Shown here one piece after another: positions 11,751 to 23,249 of a stretch of 33,047 nt of DNA (positions are counted from its first letter, which is position 1; every line of letters starts with the position of its first letter). The position numbers and the translations under genes were made by a program. The notes beneath the pieces are model-generated. The model was given only the letters and a program-made list of their open reading frames with translations, did not search any database and was not told where the DNA came from. The stretch covers positions 165,291,066-165,324,112 of the forward strand of contig NC_068982.1 of NCBI RefSeq assembly GCF_001194135.2, in the 5' to 3' direction. Origin of the DNA: Octopus bimaculoides. Taxonomy: Eukaryota.

Positions 11751-14428
11751 GAGAGAGAGAGAGAGAAAAAAAAAACAAGAAAGAAAGGGAGAGAGAGAGA
11801 GAGAAAAAAAAAGAGAGAGACGGGGTGGGGAAATTCCCACGTACAGAATATTTCATACATCCATAATTACCTCGCTTAGAAACAAATAAAGGACAAGTTA
11901 ATCGAAGATAAAAGAAACATTGTTCAATACAAAAACGAATTGCGGATCTTGGTATCATTATCAAGTTGAAAGTAATTGCCTAGAATATATTGTAATATAT
12001 AAACAACTTTCAAGATATAGTGTGACCAGTTTTGGTTGTAAGATAAATATAAAATCAGATAAGAGGAAATAATCAATATAAAAGACTTGAACGCTCTGAA
12101 CGCTAGATACACAAGCTATGTCGCTACGGTTTTCGAAAAAGTGTACAGAAGTACTTACAGAGAAATAATAATGACTACAGAAGTCAAGAACGATCTCTCG
12201 ATTAAAGGTTTTTATTGACATTTTACATGACTATTAAACAAGAACAAGCTTTCCGCAAAGAATATATACAACGCGAGGGAAAAAGCTAATATGAGATGCA
12301 TGGCAGCTTCAATACATTTGTATTCTATATAGCATCCGGGGTTTGATTGTTCGCTAATGTATGGACCGGCAGCTATGAATAATAAAGATATCGAAACAGT
12401 ATTATTCCGTTTACAAGTGATTCTGTAAATGCAAATCACTGAGTATATTACGCTAGATGCTGATATATTTTGCATTGAAAAGCCTAGGAATTAAGAAGTA
12501 CTGTATCATTCTCACTAACACAATTATTGCATGATAACGCCATTAAAAGGTTTACGTAGTGAATGTCAGCATTTCCTATAAGTATTTAAACACATTCATA
12601 TAAGAGACCCACCGTAAATTAATATGGTTAGGAACAAGAACACTATTTATAATTGGCACTGCTACAGCAGAGCACAGAAGAGTATTAAAGCACCTACATT
12701 TCTAACAAATATAAACGAAGGGAAATGAAACTAATCACTACTTATCGTCCAGAACACCGTTAACTATGGAGACTAAGCTCAGAAAATGTAAGAGATTACG
12801 TTCTGTACTGTTCCATCACTTTCGCTCTTTCTCTCTCGCTGTCTCTCTCCTACTTTATGCTTACATTCACACACACACACGCACACGCACGCACACACGC
12901 ACACACGCACACTCACACACACGCATATATACACTAAAGTCTCAAACGCATATGTGTATGCAATGCGTGTGCGTGTGTGTATGTGAATGTGTGGTGTGCG
13001 TATGTATTTGTTTGTGCTCAAGTATACTTATGTCTATGTATGTGCTTTGTATATGAGATATTTTTATGTGCACAAAAGTTTTTCCGAGGAGATATAAAAT
13101 TTCTATTGATAATATATGCCAAGAAGCATTATGAGTCATCGTTATATCACTTCGCAAATGTAGATGGCATTTTAACTGTTCTGCCAAGCTGTTAAAAATG
13201 CTTTATTTCTCAGTTTCCAACTGACGAATAACAATTACACATATCGTGCCAATAGTTAAAACAGAGCAATAGTTTCTCGACGAATTTAACACCATTTTAC
13301 GAGATGAAATATTCGATATGTAAACGGTTTATTAACTTTCTTGTTTCTGCTTCCTTAAGCCTGACTTTAGTACGTTTCTAAACACTCAAATTCCCTTCAA
13401 ACTTATCGAACTTGCTGCGGTAGTTATTTCAATGTTACAAGTTTACAAAGTAATAATTAAAACTACCCGGAGTTTTGGAAGTTGCATTTCGTAGATTTAT
13501 TGATCTTCATAACAGTTTCATTATGTGGAATATTTCTATTATATCTTCGATTACATCACATAATTATGGTTGTTTAAAAGGTAATAGCTCAGTCTGTTTT
13601 ATTATGCTAAAGATTTCCATGCTGTCTTTTTCTATAATTAATCTTTGTAGTGCAGCACTCGATCCCACAAACATTGTGACAAGCATAATAATAAAGACAA
13701 TTTACATTATATTGAAGAATTTTCACATTACTACAAGAAATGCCGAAACTCTATCCATGAACAATATATATTTTGTACCAAAGTGAAATAAGAAGACTTT
13801 ATGTTAGACACTACGTCGGTGGAGGAAACGGTAGATAACAATTGCATTTCACGTTACATGTATGACCAAAACAGTTTTCAATGCTGCCTCGATGCACCTG
13901 GGCCCCTCGGTTCCATTGAATTGCTTTCGCTCCTATATTTCGGACAACGCGGATAACGAGAAAAAAGTATAGCCATTATTTGTTTTCTTGTTTTATCTAT
14001 TTTATTTTTGTATACACTGCTTTAAGAAATTATATAAAGCCATTCTTGCGCAGCTGCATCAAGTACCGTAAGTTTTCTGTCAACATTCCCTGAGTAATGT
14101 TCTAATAATTCTTCTATTGAAGTTTGTTATTCTCTGTTGCAATACTTTGGCTAAAACAATCCTACATTGATTTAATTTCCACTTTTATTCTCTAGGGATT
14201 GCGGTGTTGCTGACGATATTAGTTTTACAAGCTCTATCACCAGTTTTAGAATAATCTTTGAATAATCAGAGAGTGACCAATTCTTCATACTGATGGATGC
14301 AAACTTGATTGGTGTTGTTCAATAACATCAGAAGAAAAGCTTTTCCATTATATTTATCTATACAGAAAAATGCACATTTTGCAGCAGTTCATCAATATTC
14401 AACAATGCATTAATTAAATAATAAATTA

Positions 14429-15688
14429 CACTGGTCAACAAAATAAAACTTTAATTTCTGGCATAAAATCTTAGAGTTGTTTTAAACTAATTTTGGGGAG
14501 CTGATTCCAAAAGTGGCCTTAGATTTGCTCTATCATATCACATGGTTGTGCTATCGATATATTCCTTTATTTACCTGGAGCATACCAAACGTTAATTTCA
14601 CACCACTATTTGCGGGAATTTTGGCTGGATTGTCATGCTAAGTTTTAATATGTTCAAGCGGAGTTTTACCGTAAAACCCCATCTCTTCCTTTCAGGTGTG
14701 AACTGAATCACTGTGATCTAGTTATAAATACAACATCATAAAGAAGAACGTGCTGTAATGACTCCGATATTTCTGTTACAACTGTAGAAACTTCATTCCA
14801 TTGACTCAAATGTGCATGGATAATAACTTTGTCAAGGTGTATCTCGCTTACTTTAAATTAGCACTTGGGAAACCAGAACAAAACCAGAGATCCCTACGAA
14901 GTATGCACAATTTCTGTTGAAACTTGGTATGGTGAAGCAATTGCTAATGATCACAGTGGAGATTGCTTCAGATATATATGTACAACCTTTCCAAATCTAA
15001 GTGAGGAGAAGAAGAAGGCAGGAATATTTGATGGACCGAGTGCGACGGAGGCTAGAGCTTGGAAGGCCTTCTCTGATGTGGTGCAGAATTTCCTTGGAGA
15101 CAGGAAAACTGACAACTATCTAGAAATTGTGGAGCAGCTGCTTTTGAGTTTGCAAGCCCTTGGATGTAGGGTGAACTTTAAATTGCTCTAGTTACACAGT
15201 TAATTGCGTGAGCTTCCAATGAACGTGGGTGATGTTAGTGAAGAATAAGGTGAACGGTTTCATCAAAATGTAAAAGTAATGGAAGAGTGCTGCCAAGGCG
15301 GATGGGGCTCTAATATGGTGGCAGGTTATTGTTGGAGCTTGATGAGAGACAGTCCAGAAGCTGTGCAAAAGAGATCGTCTAAAAAGAAGTTCTTGTAGTA
15401 ATAAGATGATGAGAATGAATGAACGCAATGAATAGAGATTTTGCAATCATAATTTGCTATCATCAAGCTTAATTCTTACATGCTAATGTGCATCTACTCC
15501 CACAACTTTGTGTTTTGCTTAATTCTTCCTTTATGAGCATTAAATAGTTGTTTCTAGCAAAACTAAAAGACATATCTCAAAAATCAGACGTGGTAGGCAA
15601 AATCTGATGCCAAATTTGGATGTAGCACGCCAAAAGTAGCTTATAGCTATTGATAAATCTTGTGCCAGAAAATATATGTTCACCAATG
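14429..15688 (+). mobile_element. Internally deleted Chapaev3-like (CMC superfamily) DNA transposon with both termini
   Basis: Left end CACTGGTCAACA...TTTCTGGCATAAAAT; the right end reverse-complemented reads CATTGGTGAACA...TTTCTGGCACAAGAT. TTA flanks both ends (14426-14428 and 15689-15691), giving a 3-bp TSD. A transposase remnant lies inside. Confidence 0.8.
14745..15398 (+). pseudogene. Chapaev3-like transposase remnant (N-terminal Cys motif fused to the C-terminal region)
   Basis: Motifs read RTCCNDSD(I)/FCYNC with a 1-nt frameshift, LKLGMVKQL, FRYICTTFPNLSEEKKKAGIFDGP, AWKAFSDVVQNFLG, LHS*L..PMNVGDVSEE*GERFHQ and MVAGYCWSLMRD. These match the Chapaev3 pattern (LHSHL..F.EN.G.VSDE.GERFHQ..M.ADYCW). 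There are several stops and frameshifts. Confidence 0.8.
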
Positions 15689-15805
15689 TTATTAATGCAC
15701 TATGCCCACTGGAGCAGGGTAATTACAAATGGTTAATATAAATACATCAAGATAGAAAATGAGGAGAAAATTATATATGACTTCATAGTAGTCGCTATAG
15801 AGATA

Positions 15806-15852
15806 TCACTGAGGGTTCTTTCGCTATATCATGTATAAAATCATCAGAGAAG
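15806..15852 (-). ncRNA. Candidate minimal type I hammerhead motif
   Basis: The minus strand reads CUUCU-CUGAUGA-UU-UUAUA(CAUGA)UAUAG-C-GAAA-G(AACC)C-UC-AGUGA. The core is intact, stem II has 5 bp, stem III has 2 bp and the triplet is CUC, but stem I is weak. Confidence 0.4.
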
Positions 15853-16280
15853 CTGAAAGAGGCACAGTGCTAATATTATTTACATGCCTGAAACTTTGCC
15901 GAGATTTATGCAGCTTATACTCATGTAAACTGGCAGTACCCGTATGCCTATAGGAGAAACAAACGTGTGGACGTAGTCTAAAAGAGTATTTTGATATGAC
16001 AGACAGGGTAAGATGAATAATGCCATTAATTTAGAAGTTTAATTGAAAGTGGGAAAATTGAAGCAGTTAAAATCTGGCTTGAGTACCTTTACTCGTATAT
16101 CAATGTCTGCAAGATAAAACGGACGATGAAATAATTTCAAGATAATATAAGTTTTCAGAGATTCTCTATTTTTTTTTCCTGTGCTAAATTATTTAACGAG
16201 AGAGGTCTGGCGTCTATGATATCTTTCAGAAAATCCGTGATCGGTTGGATGAAGAGCAAAAATTACCGTCAAATTGAGGA

Positions 16281-16730
16281 CCACTGAAATCAATACGTCA
16301 AGCAGCAATAGGACACACAATAAGTATGGTGTTGCATAAAGAGTTTAATTTCGTCCGTGGAAACCCCATTACGTGCAGGAGCTAAAACTTGGAGACTGTG
16401 ACCGCAGAAGTCCAGAACTCCTAGAAGTCCAGATCTCACTCCATGTGATTTTTACCTGTGGGGTTACACAAAAGAGGTGTACAAAACAAAACCTCACACA
16501 CTGGAGGACTTGGAGACACGGATTCAGAAGGTTCTCAGTAATATCTCAGACAACGTCATTCAGAAGGTTTTTTATTACATCCCTGGCCGTTTGAGGAAAT
16601 TGGTTGACGCCACCGGTGCTTACCTTGAAATAAGATTTATTTTCATTTTCTCATGTAATAAAGAACATGTACCATTTGTTTCAATAAATTTGTAAAAGGA
16701 ATATGGATTTTATTACCAATTTTTAATGCC
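16281..16730 (+). mobile_element. Internally deleted IS630/Tc1/mariner-superfamily transposon (DDxD type, rosa/DD41D-like motifs)
   Basis: The N-terminal remnant PLKSIRQAA..HTISMVLHKEFN/FRPWKPHYVQELKLGDCDRR is joined directly to the C-terminal remnant PRSPDLTPCDFYLWGYTKE/VYKTKPHTLEDLETRIQKVLSNI...GAYLEI. The catalytic centre between them is deleted. No matching TIR pair was found, so the ends are approximate. Confidence 0.8.
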
Positions 16731-17578
16731 TACTTACTTCTCACCCAACCTGCACACATGCACACACGCACACACACACACACNNNNNNNNNNNNNNNNN
16801 NNNNNNNNNNNNNNNNNNNNNNNNNNNNNNNNNNNNNNNNNNNNNNNNNNNNNNNNNNNNNNNNNNNNNNNNNNNNNNNNNNNNNNNNNNNNNNNNNNNN
16901 NNNNNNNNNNNNNNNNNNNNNNNNNNNNNNNNNNNNNNNNNNNNNNNNNNNNNNNNNNNNNNNNNNNNNNNNNNNNNNNNNNNNNNNNNNNNNNNNNNNN
17001 NNNNNNNNNNNNNNNNNNNNNNNNNNNNNNNNNNNNNNNNNNNNNNNNNNNNNNNNNNNNNNNNNNNNNNNNNNNNNNNNNNNNNNNNNNNNNNNNNNNN
17101 NNNNNNNNNNNNNNNNNNNNNNNNNNNNNNNNNNNNNNNNNNNNNNNNNNNNNNNNNNNNNNNNNNNNNNNNNNNNNNNNNNNNNNNNNNNNNNNNNNNN
17201 NNNNNNNNNNNNNNNNNNNNNNNNNNNNNNNNNNNNNNNNNNNNNNNNNNNNNNNNNNNNNNNNNNNNNNNNNNNNNNNNNNNNNNNNNNNNNNNNNNNN
17301 NNNNNNNNNNNNNNNNNNNNNNNNNNNNNNNNNNNNNNNNNNNNNNNNNNNNNNNNNNNNNNNNNNNNNNNNNNNNNNNNNNNNNNNNNNNNNNNNNNNN
17401 NNNNNNNNNNNNNNNNNNNNNNNNNNNNNNNNNNNNNNNNNNNNNNNNNNNNNNNNNNNNNNNNNNNNNNNNNNNNNNNNNNNNNNNNNNNNNNNNNNNN
17501 NNNNNNNNNNNNNNNNNNNNNNNNNNNNNNNNNNNNNNNNNNNNNNNNNNNNNNNNNNNNNNNNNNNNNNNNNNNNNN

Positions 17579-17613
<35 letters not shown>

Positions 17614-17819
17614 TATGTATATATGTTACGTCACAATATAACTGGTCAAAATTTTACCCTCGCTTTCACAAAGTAAGCTTCATTCCACAATGTCTGAAGC
17701 GTTATCAATAGTGCCACACCGAATAGTCGATGCGAAACTGAAGATAACGAGTTATATATTGCTAACGGACATCAAAGCATAACCTCTGTATTTCTCATAT
17801 GGAAACCTAGATGGTAATA

Positions 17820-17891
17820 TAAATAAGTACTTATGTGTGTATGTATATATATATATGTGTGTGTGTGTGTGTATTGATATTATACATATAC

Positions 17892-17955
<64 letters not shown>

Positions 17956-18290
17956 TAAAAGGGTAAAGGATTATCAATTTATTAATTAATAAATCAATTA
18001 ATAATTAATAATTTTTACCAAGCCCATCGGTATGAAAGCACCATTATTGGTGGAGAACTTATTCAAAAGTTTATATATTTATAAATATAATTAAGGGATC
18101 ATTATTCAAAAGTTCATATACATATATATTTATATATATATATATGTGTGTGTATGTGTATTGATATACATACATATAATGTTTGCATTATATATATATA
18201 TATATAGATATTTATATATTTTATATATATATATATGCATGTATGCATGTGTGTATGTACGTATCTGTGTGTACGTGTGTATACATGTAT
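17820..18290. repeat. (TA)/(TG)/(TACA) low-complexity tract with an AT-rich insert and local duplications
   Basis: Direct reading. TTATTCAAAAGTT occurs twice (~18060 and ~18102), and GTGTATTGATAT occurs twice (~17870 and ~18156). Confidence 0.85.
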
Positions 18291-19770
18291 CTGGATGTAT
18301 GAAAATGAGTACAGGAGTCTGTTTATGCATGATTCTGACAAATTGTTCTGTATAGTTTACCATATGTACTCTAGATGAAAATTAATATCCGAATATAATC
18401 AAATTATATATAAAAGCTAGTAATTACTAAGAGATATTGTAATTTCATTTCACACAACGCTGCAGAAAAATATCGTTAGAAATTTGGATATAGCAATCTA
18501 TGGCGAAAAGTATATTTGGAGTCATAAATTACCTTTTAATTTTGTCAGATCTTTGTCTTGAATGAAATTATTTAACAACTGGTCAACATTGTTTACCGTT
18601 AGGAAGTATGCTCTAGCATATGCTATGCAATATGTACTAGTTATATAATATTTAGAATTTTTTCTCTTGCCTTTGAGCATATCTCGTTATTATCCCGTGT
18701 CTCCTTTACATTTGAAAGCAACCAGCATGTTTAGTGCGTTCTTACATAAATGGTAATTACATTTGGAGAGCAAAAACGAATTTAGAGAAACCCTATGATT
18801 AAACGAGTTTATAATGCTGTCACACGAATACAGTTTCTATTCACTTATATAAGATGACGATGAAACCTAATTTACAAAGCAGCAAATATTTCAAGAAAAA
18901 GAAAAAGAGCTGTACATAAAATCCCTTAAATACAAAGTGAACCATTTTACGTTATGCAACTTCAAAACAATTAATTGTCAGGCAATATATAATGGAAAAT
19001 TGTCTATTATCGTTGGTGAGCAGATTTTATCTTTTATTTCTGGACACATGGGGATACAACATTTTATGTAGCGCTAGTTCTTAAATGATAAACTCGCTGT
19101 CTTATATCATATCGTCCAGCTACGTTGAAGATAATTGCAGCTGAACAAAGAGGCTGACTTGTGAAATTATATAACATCTTCCTTATTTTCTTGTACAGTC
19201 AGTGCTGCAGAATGTTAGTATAAGCTTCTTGCAAAGTTGTATCTAGGGTCCAATTTTGATTATTAATACCGCTGCGTTAAAAAAATGCATCAGAAGAAAA
19301 GCCTATTTTTATAAAAGCACGAAAGTTAGTACCTCTAGTTATTCAAGACTCTGTCAACCTGCGATCCTTAGCTGCGCAACGTTAATAATTTTAATGTTCA
19401 TCTTAGTTTCAATATTATCTCCTTAAGTTAAGACTGCTCAGCGACGAAGCTTCGGTGTTTGAAATTTATTATTTCATATCCTGTGATACCGTGAGATATT
19501 AAAATCAAGATATATCGGAAGATAATAATTTACTATATGATACTGTAAGATACGGAATAGAGCATTATCGAATATCTGAATTAGTGCCGAAGCACAGCTG
19601 CTTGAATCGTTGCCAGTATATACCTAGCATATATTTTTTCATATAGAACAAAGCTAAACTCAACTGTAAGTTGTTCAGACCTGAACGATTCTGTATATAC
19701 ATTGTCCTAGTTCAATTTTACCCCTCCACTATTTATCTCATTATCTCTGAACGGTATGTATTTTTAATAA

Positions 19771-19982
19771 TCTTTTCTAGAATAGGCACAAGGCCTGAAA
19801 TTTGGGGTAGGTGAGTAGTCGATCACATCGACCCCAGTACTTGACTGGTACTTAATTCATCGACCTCGAAAGGATGAAAGGCAAAGTCGGCCTTGACAGA
19901 ATTTAAACTCAGAACATAAAGACGGGCGAAATGCCGCTAACCATTTTGCCCAGCGTGATAACTATTCTGCCAGCTCCCCACC
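19771..19982 (-). mobile_element. tRNA-type SINE, family B, near full length
   Basis: The minus strand reads GAGCTGGCAGAATAGTTATCACGCTGGGCAAAATGGTTAGCGGCATTTCG...GCCTTTCATCCTTTCGAGGTCGATGAATTAAGTACCAG. It aligns with 20679, 20950 and 30650. There is a probable eroded TSD, GTATGTAT.. (19754 and 19985). The central block resembles the Meta-domain of metazoan SINEs (recognition only). Confidence 0.8.
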
Positions 19983-20678
19983 TTGTATGTATGTTTTTTT
20001 TTTGATAATGAACTGTGATTTGGAACATAATAATTTCAGTTCCGTATTACGATACAAGAAGATGGAAAAAACAATGAGCAGGAGAAATAGTTTTCTAATC
20101 TTGAGATAGTTTACTTTGACTGGTTTACGGCACTACGTTATGTATATGTAAAAATGTAACTACGTCTCAAAGATTCACTTAGAAATAGTTGGCAAAGCAT
20201 ATAACAATTCACCGATATAAGCCGCATAATAGTAAATTTTATGATTATTATATATATTTGTGGGTCTCATTTTAACACCTGCTCTTGACCGCTTCAGAAA
20301 TGAGAGCTAATATTGTATTAGTAATTTGAAATCTCTCATTTTTCAATTCTAAACTTTTCTACAAAATATTGAATACTAAGTAAATATAAAGAAGAGACAG
20401 AGCTAAATTATTCTTAAGATGAGCTGATTCAGAGTTCCAGCAGATATCTCCGTCTTCCAGAAAATTCAAAACTACAAATATGAAAATATTAATATTACAA
20501 TAATAAAGATAATCCTATTTTCAATATATTCTTCTTAAGGAAAGACTACTTAGCGAAGACACTTAGATGATAGAAATCTATGGTTACTAAACCAAAATAT
20601 ATCGCAAGATAGTAAAACCAAAATATATTGGAACTTGGCAATATACCAAAGGAAACCGAAAGTTACGAAACAGAGAAA

Positions 20679-20892
20679 GCAGTCAGTTTGCAGAATCGCT
20701 AGCGTGTCAAACAAAATGCTTAGCAGCATTTTCCCAGCTCCTTAGGAGCTTATATCTTTTTGCGGTGAAGTTTTTCTTTCATCAATTCGGAGTCAATAAT
20801 ATAGATTGCCTGTCGAGTACTTGGGTCAATATAATTGACTTATTCCCACTCATAAAATTGCTGGCCATGAGTCAAAATTAGAAAAAATAATA
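20679..20892 (+). mobile_element. SINE family B, diverged copy
   Basis: GCAGAATCGCTAGCGTG..AAAATGCTTAGCAGCATTT, TTTCATC..TTCGGAGTCAATAA, GAGTACTTGGGTCAATATAATTGACTT and AAAATTGCTGGCC align with the other family B copies. Confidence 0.7.
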
Positions 20893-20949
20893 AATTCTTT
20901 ATATGTAATAATAAATGATGACGCTTCCAAGATCTGGTACAGGCCCACC

Positions 20950-21034
20950 AATTTGAACTCTGAACATAAAGACGGCTTTTCCACGCTGCAAAGCATATTG
21001 CTCAGCGTGCTAACCATTCTGCCAACTCGCTGCC
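20950..21034 (-). mobile_element. SINE family B, 5' head only
   Basis: AATTTGAACTCTGAACATAAAGACGG...CAGCGTGCTAACCATTCTGCCAACTCGCTGCC matches 19895-19982 in the same orientation. Confidence 0.75.
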
Positions 21035-22852
21035 TATTCGTAATAATAATAGTAAATAATAATTTACTATCATTATTAAATAATAAGTATCATAATTATT
21101 GCAATTTATACCAGTATTGTTGCAATGAGAATCAGAAGTCTCCGTGGCCAAAATAGTTGTTATAACGATTTTTAACATAGAATGGCCATACATTTGAGGA
21201 AACGTGTTACGCGTAAACCAACCAACAATATAACTGAGATTTCATTCATACTTTTAGTGGCAAACAAAGTTCGTCCTAGGGAGTTGTAAGAAAGGGAAAA
21301 TGGGAAGTGACAAAATACAACATTCCATTATACTTTGCACCCTATAATGTCATATTATTGTTGAATTTGCTTTCTTATTATGCGGAAAACTTAGAGTGCA
21401 CGAAGATTACCGAATCAGTCAATTATAGATATACTACAGCGGATATTTCCCCGATTCGAAAGCATAAAAAAGGTAGAGATGAGATATTCAGTATGATTAA
21501 TTGAAAATAGTGTAACATTGAAATAGATAGGACTGTATTTGGATATATATGAATAATGATTTTAGTAAAATGCAACTTAAGAACAACTGTTTAAGGTAGC
21601 ATGAGGAGCAAAGAGAGAGAATAAATAAACAGAAAATGAAAAATGGAGAAAGAGCAGAATAAAGAGTCATTAATAATTTGAAATTACGAGAGAATATCAC
21701 TCTTAGACATATTCCCCTTTACTGGTCATGAGTGAGTGAACTAAAAAAAAAAAACGTCTGTATAGTATGCAATAACTCTTGCTGAGTGCATTATAACTTG
21801 GAGGCAGTAATATAAAAATTATTGCATCTGGTTTGATATTTCAAATGAGACTAGACTAAAGATGTTTCATGATTCTTTATACCATGATAACGACATGATA
21901 TTCTACAACTATATGCAACAAACATTGGTTTTCTACTAGACTAACATTTAATATAGGGAGCAGTATATTGAAAATATAATGAATAATATTCAAACGTATC
22001 AGAGGGACTGAAGACGGCATGTAATAATTTAGATATTGATATTGCTACTACTGATCTGTTCTTATTTAATACCGACCGAATACAGCAAGTCTCTGATCAA
22101 AAGCATTCCAACGTAGCAGCAATCATTCATATTTTACAAACAGAGTATAAAAGTAATTTTGAAAAAAAAAAAACGATCAGCATTAATGAACTCTTGCATC
22201 GGTGTTTATTGAGAAATTTCCAACGACCGAATAGTAATGCAATTTTTATTCCTGAGATTTGGAATTTATATGATGTTCATTTTACGTCAGTCTGACACGT
22301 GGCCTCATCCTGAATGTTGCTTTCATTACATTCCGGCTATTGTACGCGCCAACATTCTAGAGGTGTTCATAGGCTAAATGATAAACTAATTATATTTCCT
22401 AATTGAAACCTACGCCATATTTTGAAGCGATACATATAACTTTCAACGCTGAAACTCCTTCAGCAAGAATCGTTTTCATATTCATGTTATTCAATATATG
22501 AACTTAGTACGGTTTCATATCAAGATAATGAATAAATAAAAATGTGTAGTGTTTTTTTTTTGGTGGTGTTCCCCAATGAAATCTCGCTGCACTGTTACTT
22601 GGGACGTTATTGTTGTGTATATAATCTTGCTTCTTTAAGCTTCATCAATTGCTTTGTAGATCGGGGAGGTGAAACTTGGTTTTATATTTGAAGAGGTTTC
22701 AAGTATAAATAGCAAGAATAAGACGGTGTAAAATATACATTCTTATTTCTCTTTACACAATTCTTTTGATCAAAATCAATCCTGAGTATCTCAATAACCT
22801 TTTAAAAAATGAAAGCAGAATCGTCAGACGTATTATGTGTATATTTAATGAG

Positions 22853-23249
22853 TCGAACTCTACAGATCTTCCAGGACCAGGTTCGTCTTCTAGGCTGTAG
22901 TTTCCAGCTCGAAATTTCAGGAACCACTGTTGACACTGGCTTACGCTTACTGTCCGATCCCCATATACTGCATTAATATTCCTCGCACTTTCCGTGGCAT
23001 TGTTGCCTTTATTGAACTCATAAATACGTATACAATATGTCGAATATGCTCCATTGCCACTTCCGTTATAGCTTTGGAAAATAACTGTTAAAATCGAACT
23101 GCACTCTTCAAAGCTTGCACTAAGAATAAGGAAGAAGTTAAAACTACTACTTGCTTTTATAGCAAGTTGATGCAGGTATTTTATCCCGTCCCACTCTGTC
23201 ATTTTGGTCATGCATCTGAAAAATCTGCATGATTTATGGGATGAACAAA
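22853..23249 (-). mobile_element. Mariner (Hsmar1/SETMAR-like) transposon, 5' fragment: one TIR and the N-terminal HTH
   Basis: Reads EVAMEHIRHI /frameshift/ YEFNKGNNATESARNINAVYGDRTVSVSQCQQWFLKFRAGNYSLEDEPGPGRSVEFD, a typical mariner first HTH with a degenerate GRP linker. A TIR-like end TTTGTTCATCCCATAAATCATGCAGATTTTT sits next to TA at 23250. Confidence 0.85.

Noticed and set aside
13475-13786. 103-aa hydrophobic ORF, and on the antisense strand a signal-peptide-like M*IVFIIMLVTMFVGSSA
   Set aside because: T-rich sequence gives hydrophobic peptides by chance. The antisense reading needs a stop-to-Lys repair and ends within ~45 codons.
14180-14255. FYSLGIAVLLTILVL, resembling the M2 helix of Cys-loop receptors (SLGITVLL), which are expanded as chemotactile receptors in octopus
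   Set aside because: The flanking EK, M1 proline and M2-M3 loop motifs are absent and stops lie close on both sides; a chance match is more likely.
22040-22115. Short stretch (..TCTGATCAAAAGCATTCCA..) reminiscent of another cephalopod repeat
   Set aside because: Only recalled from memory; there is no second copy in the window to support it.
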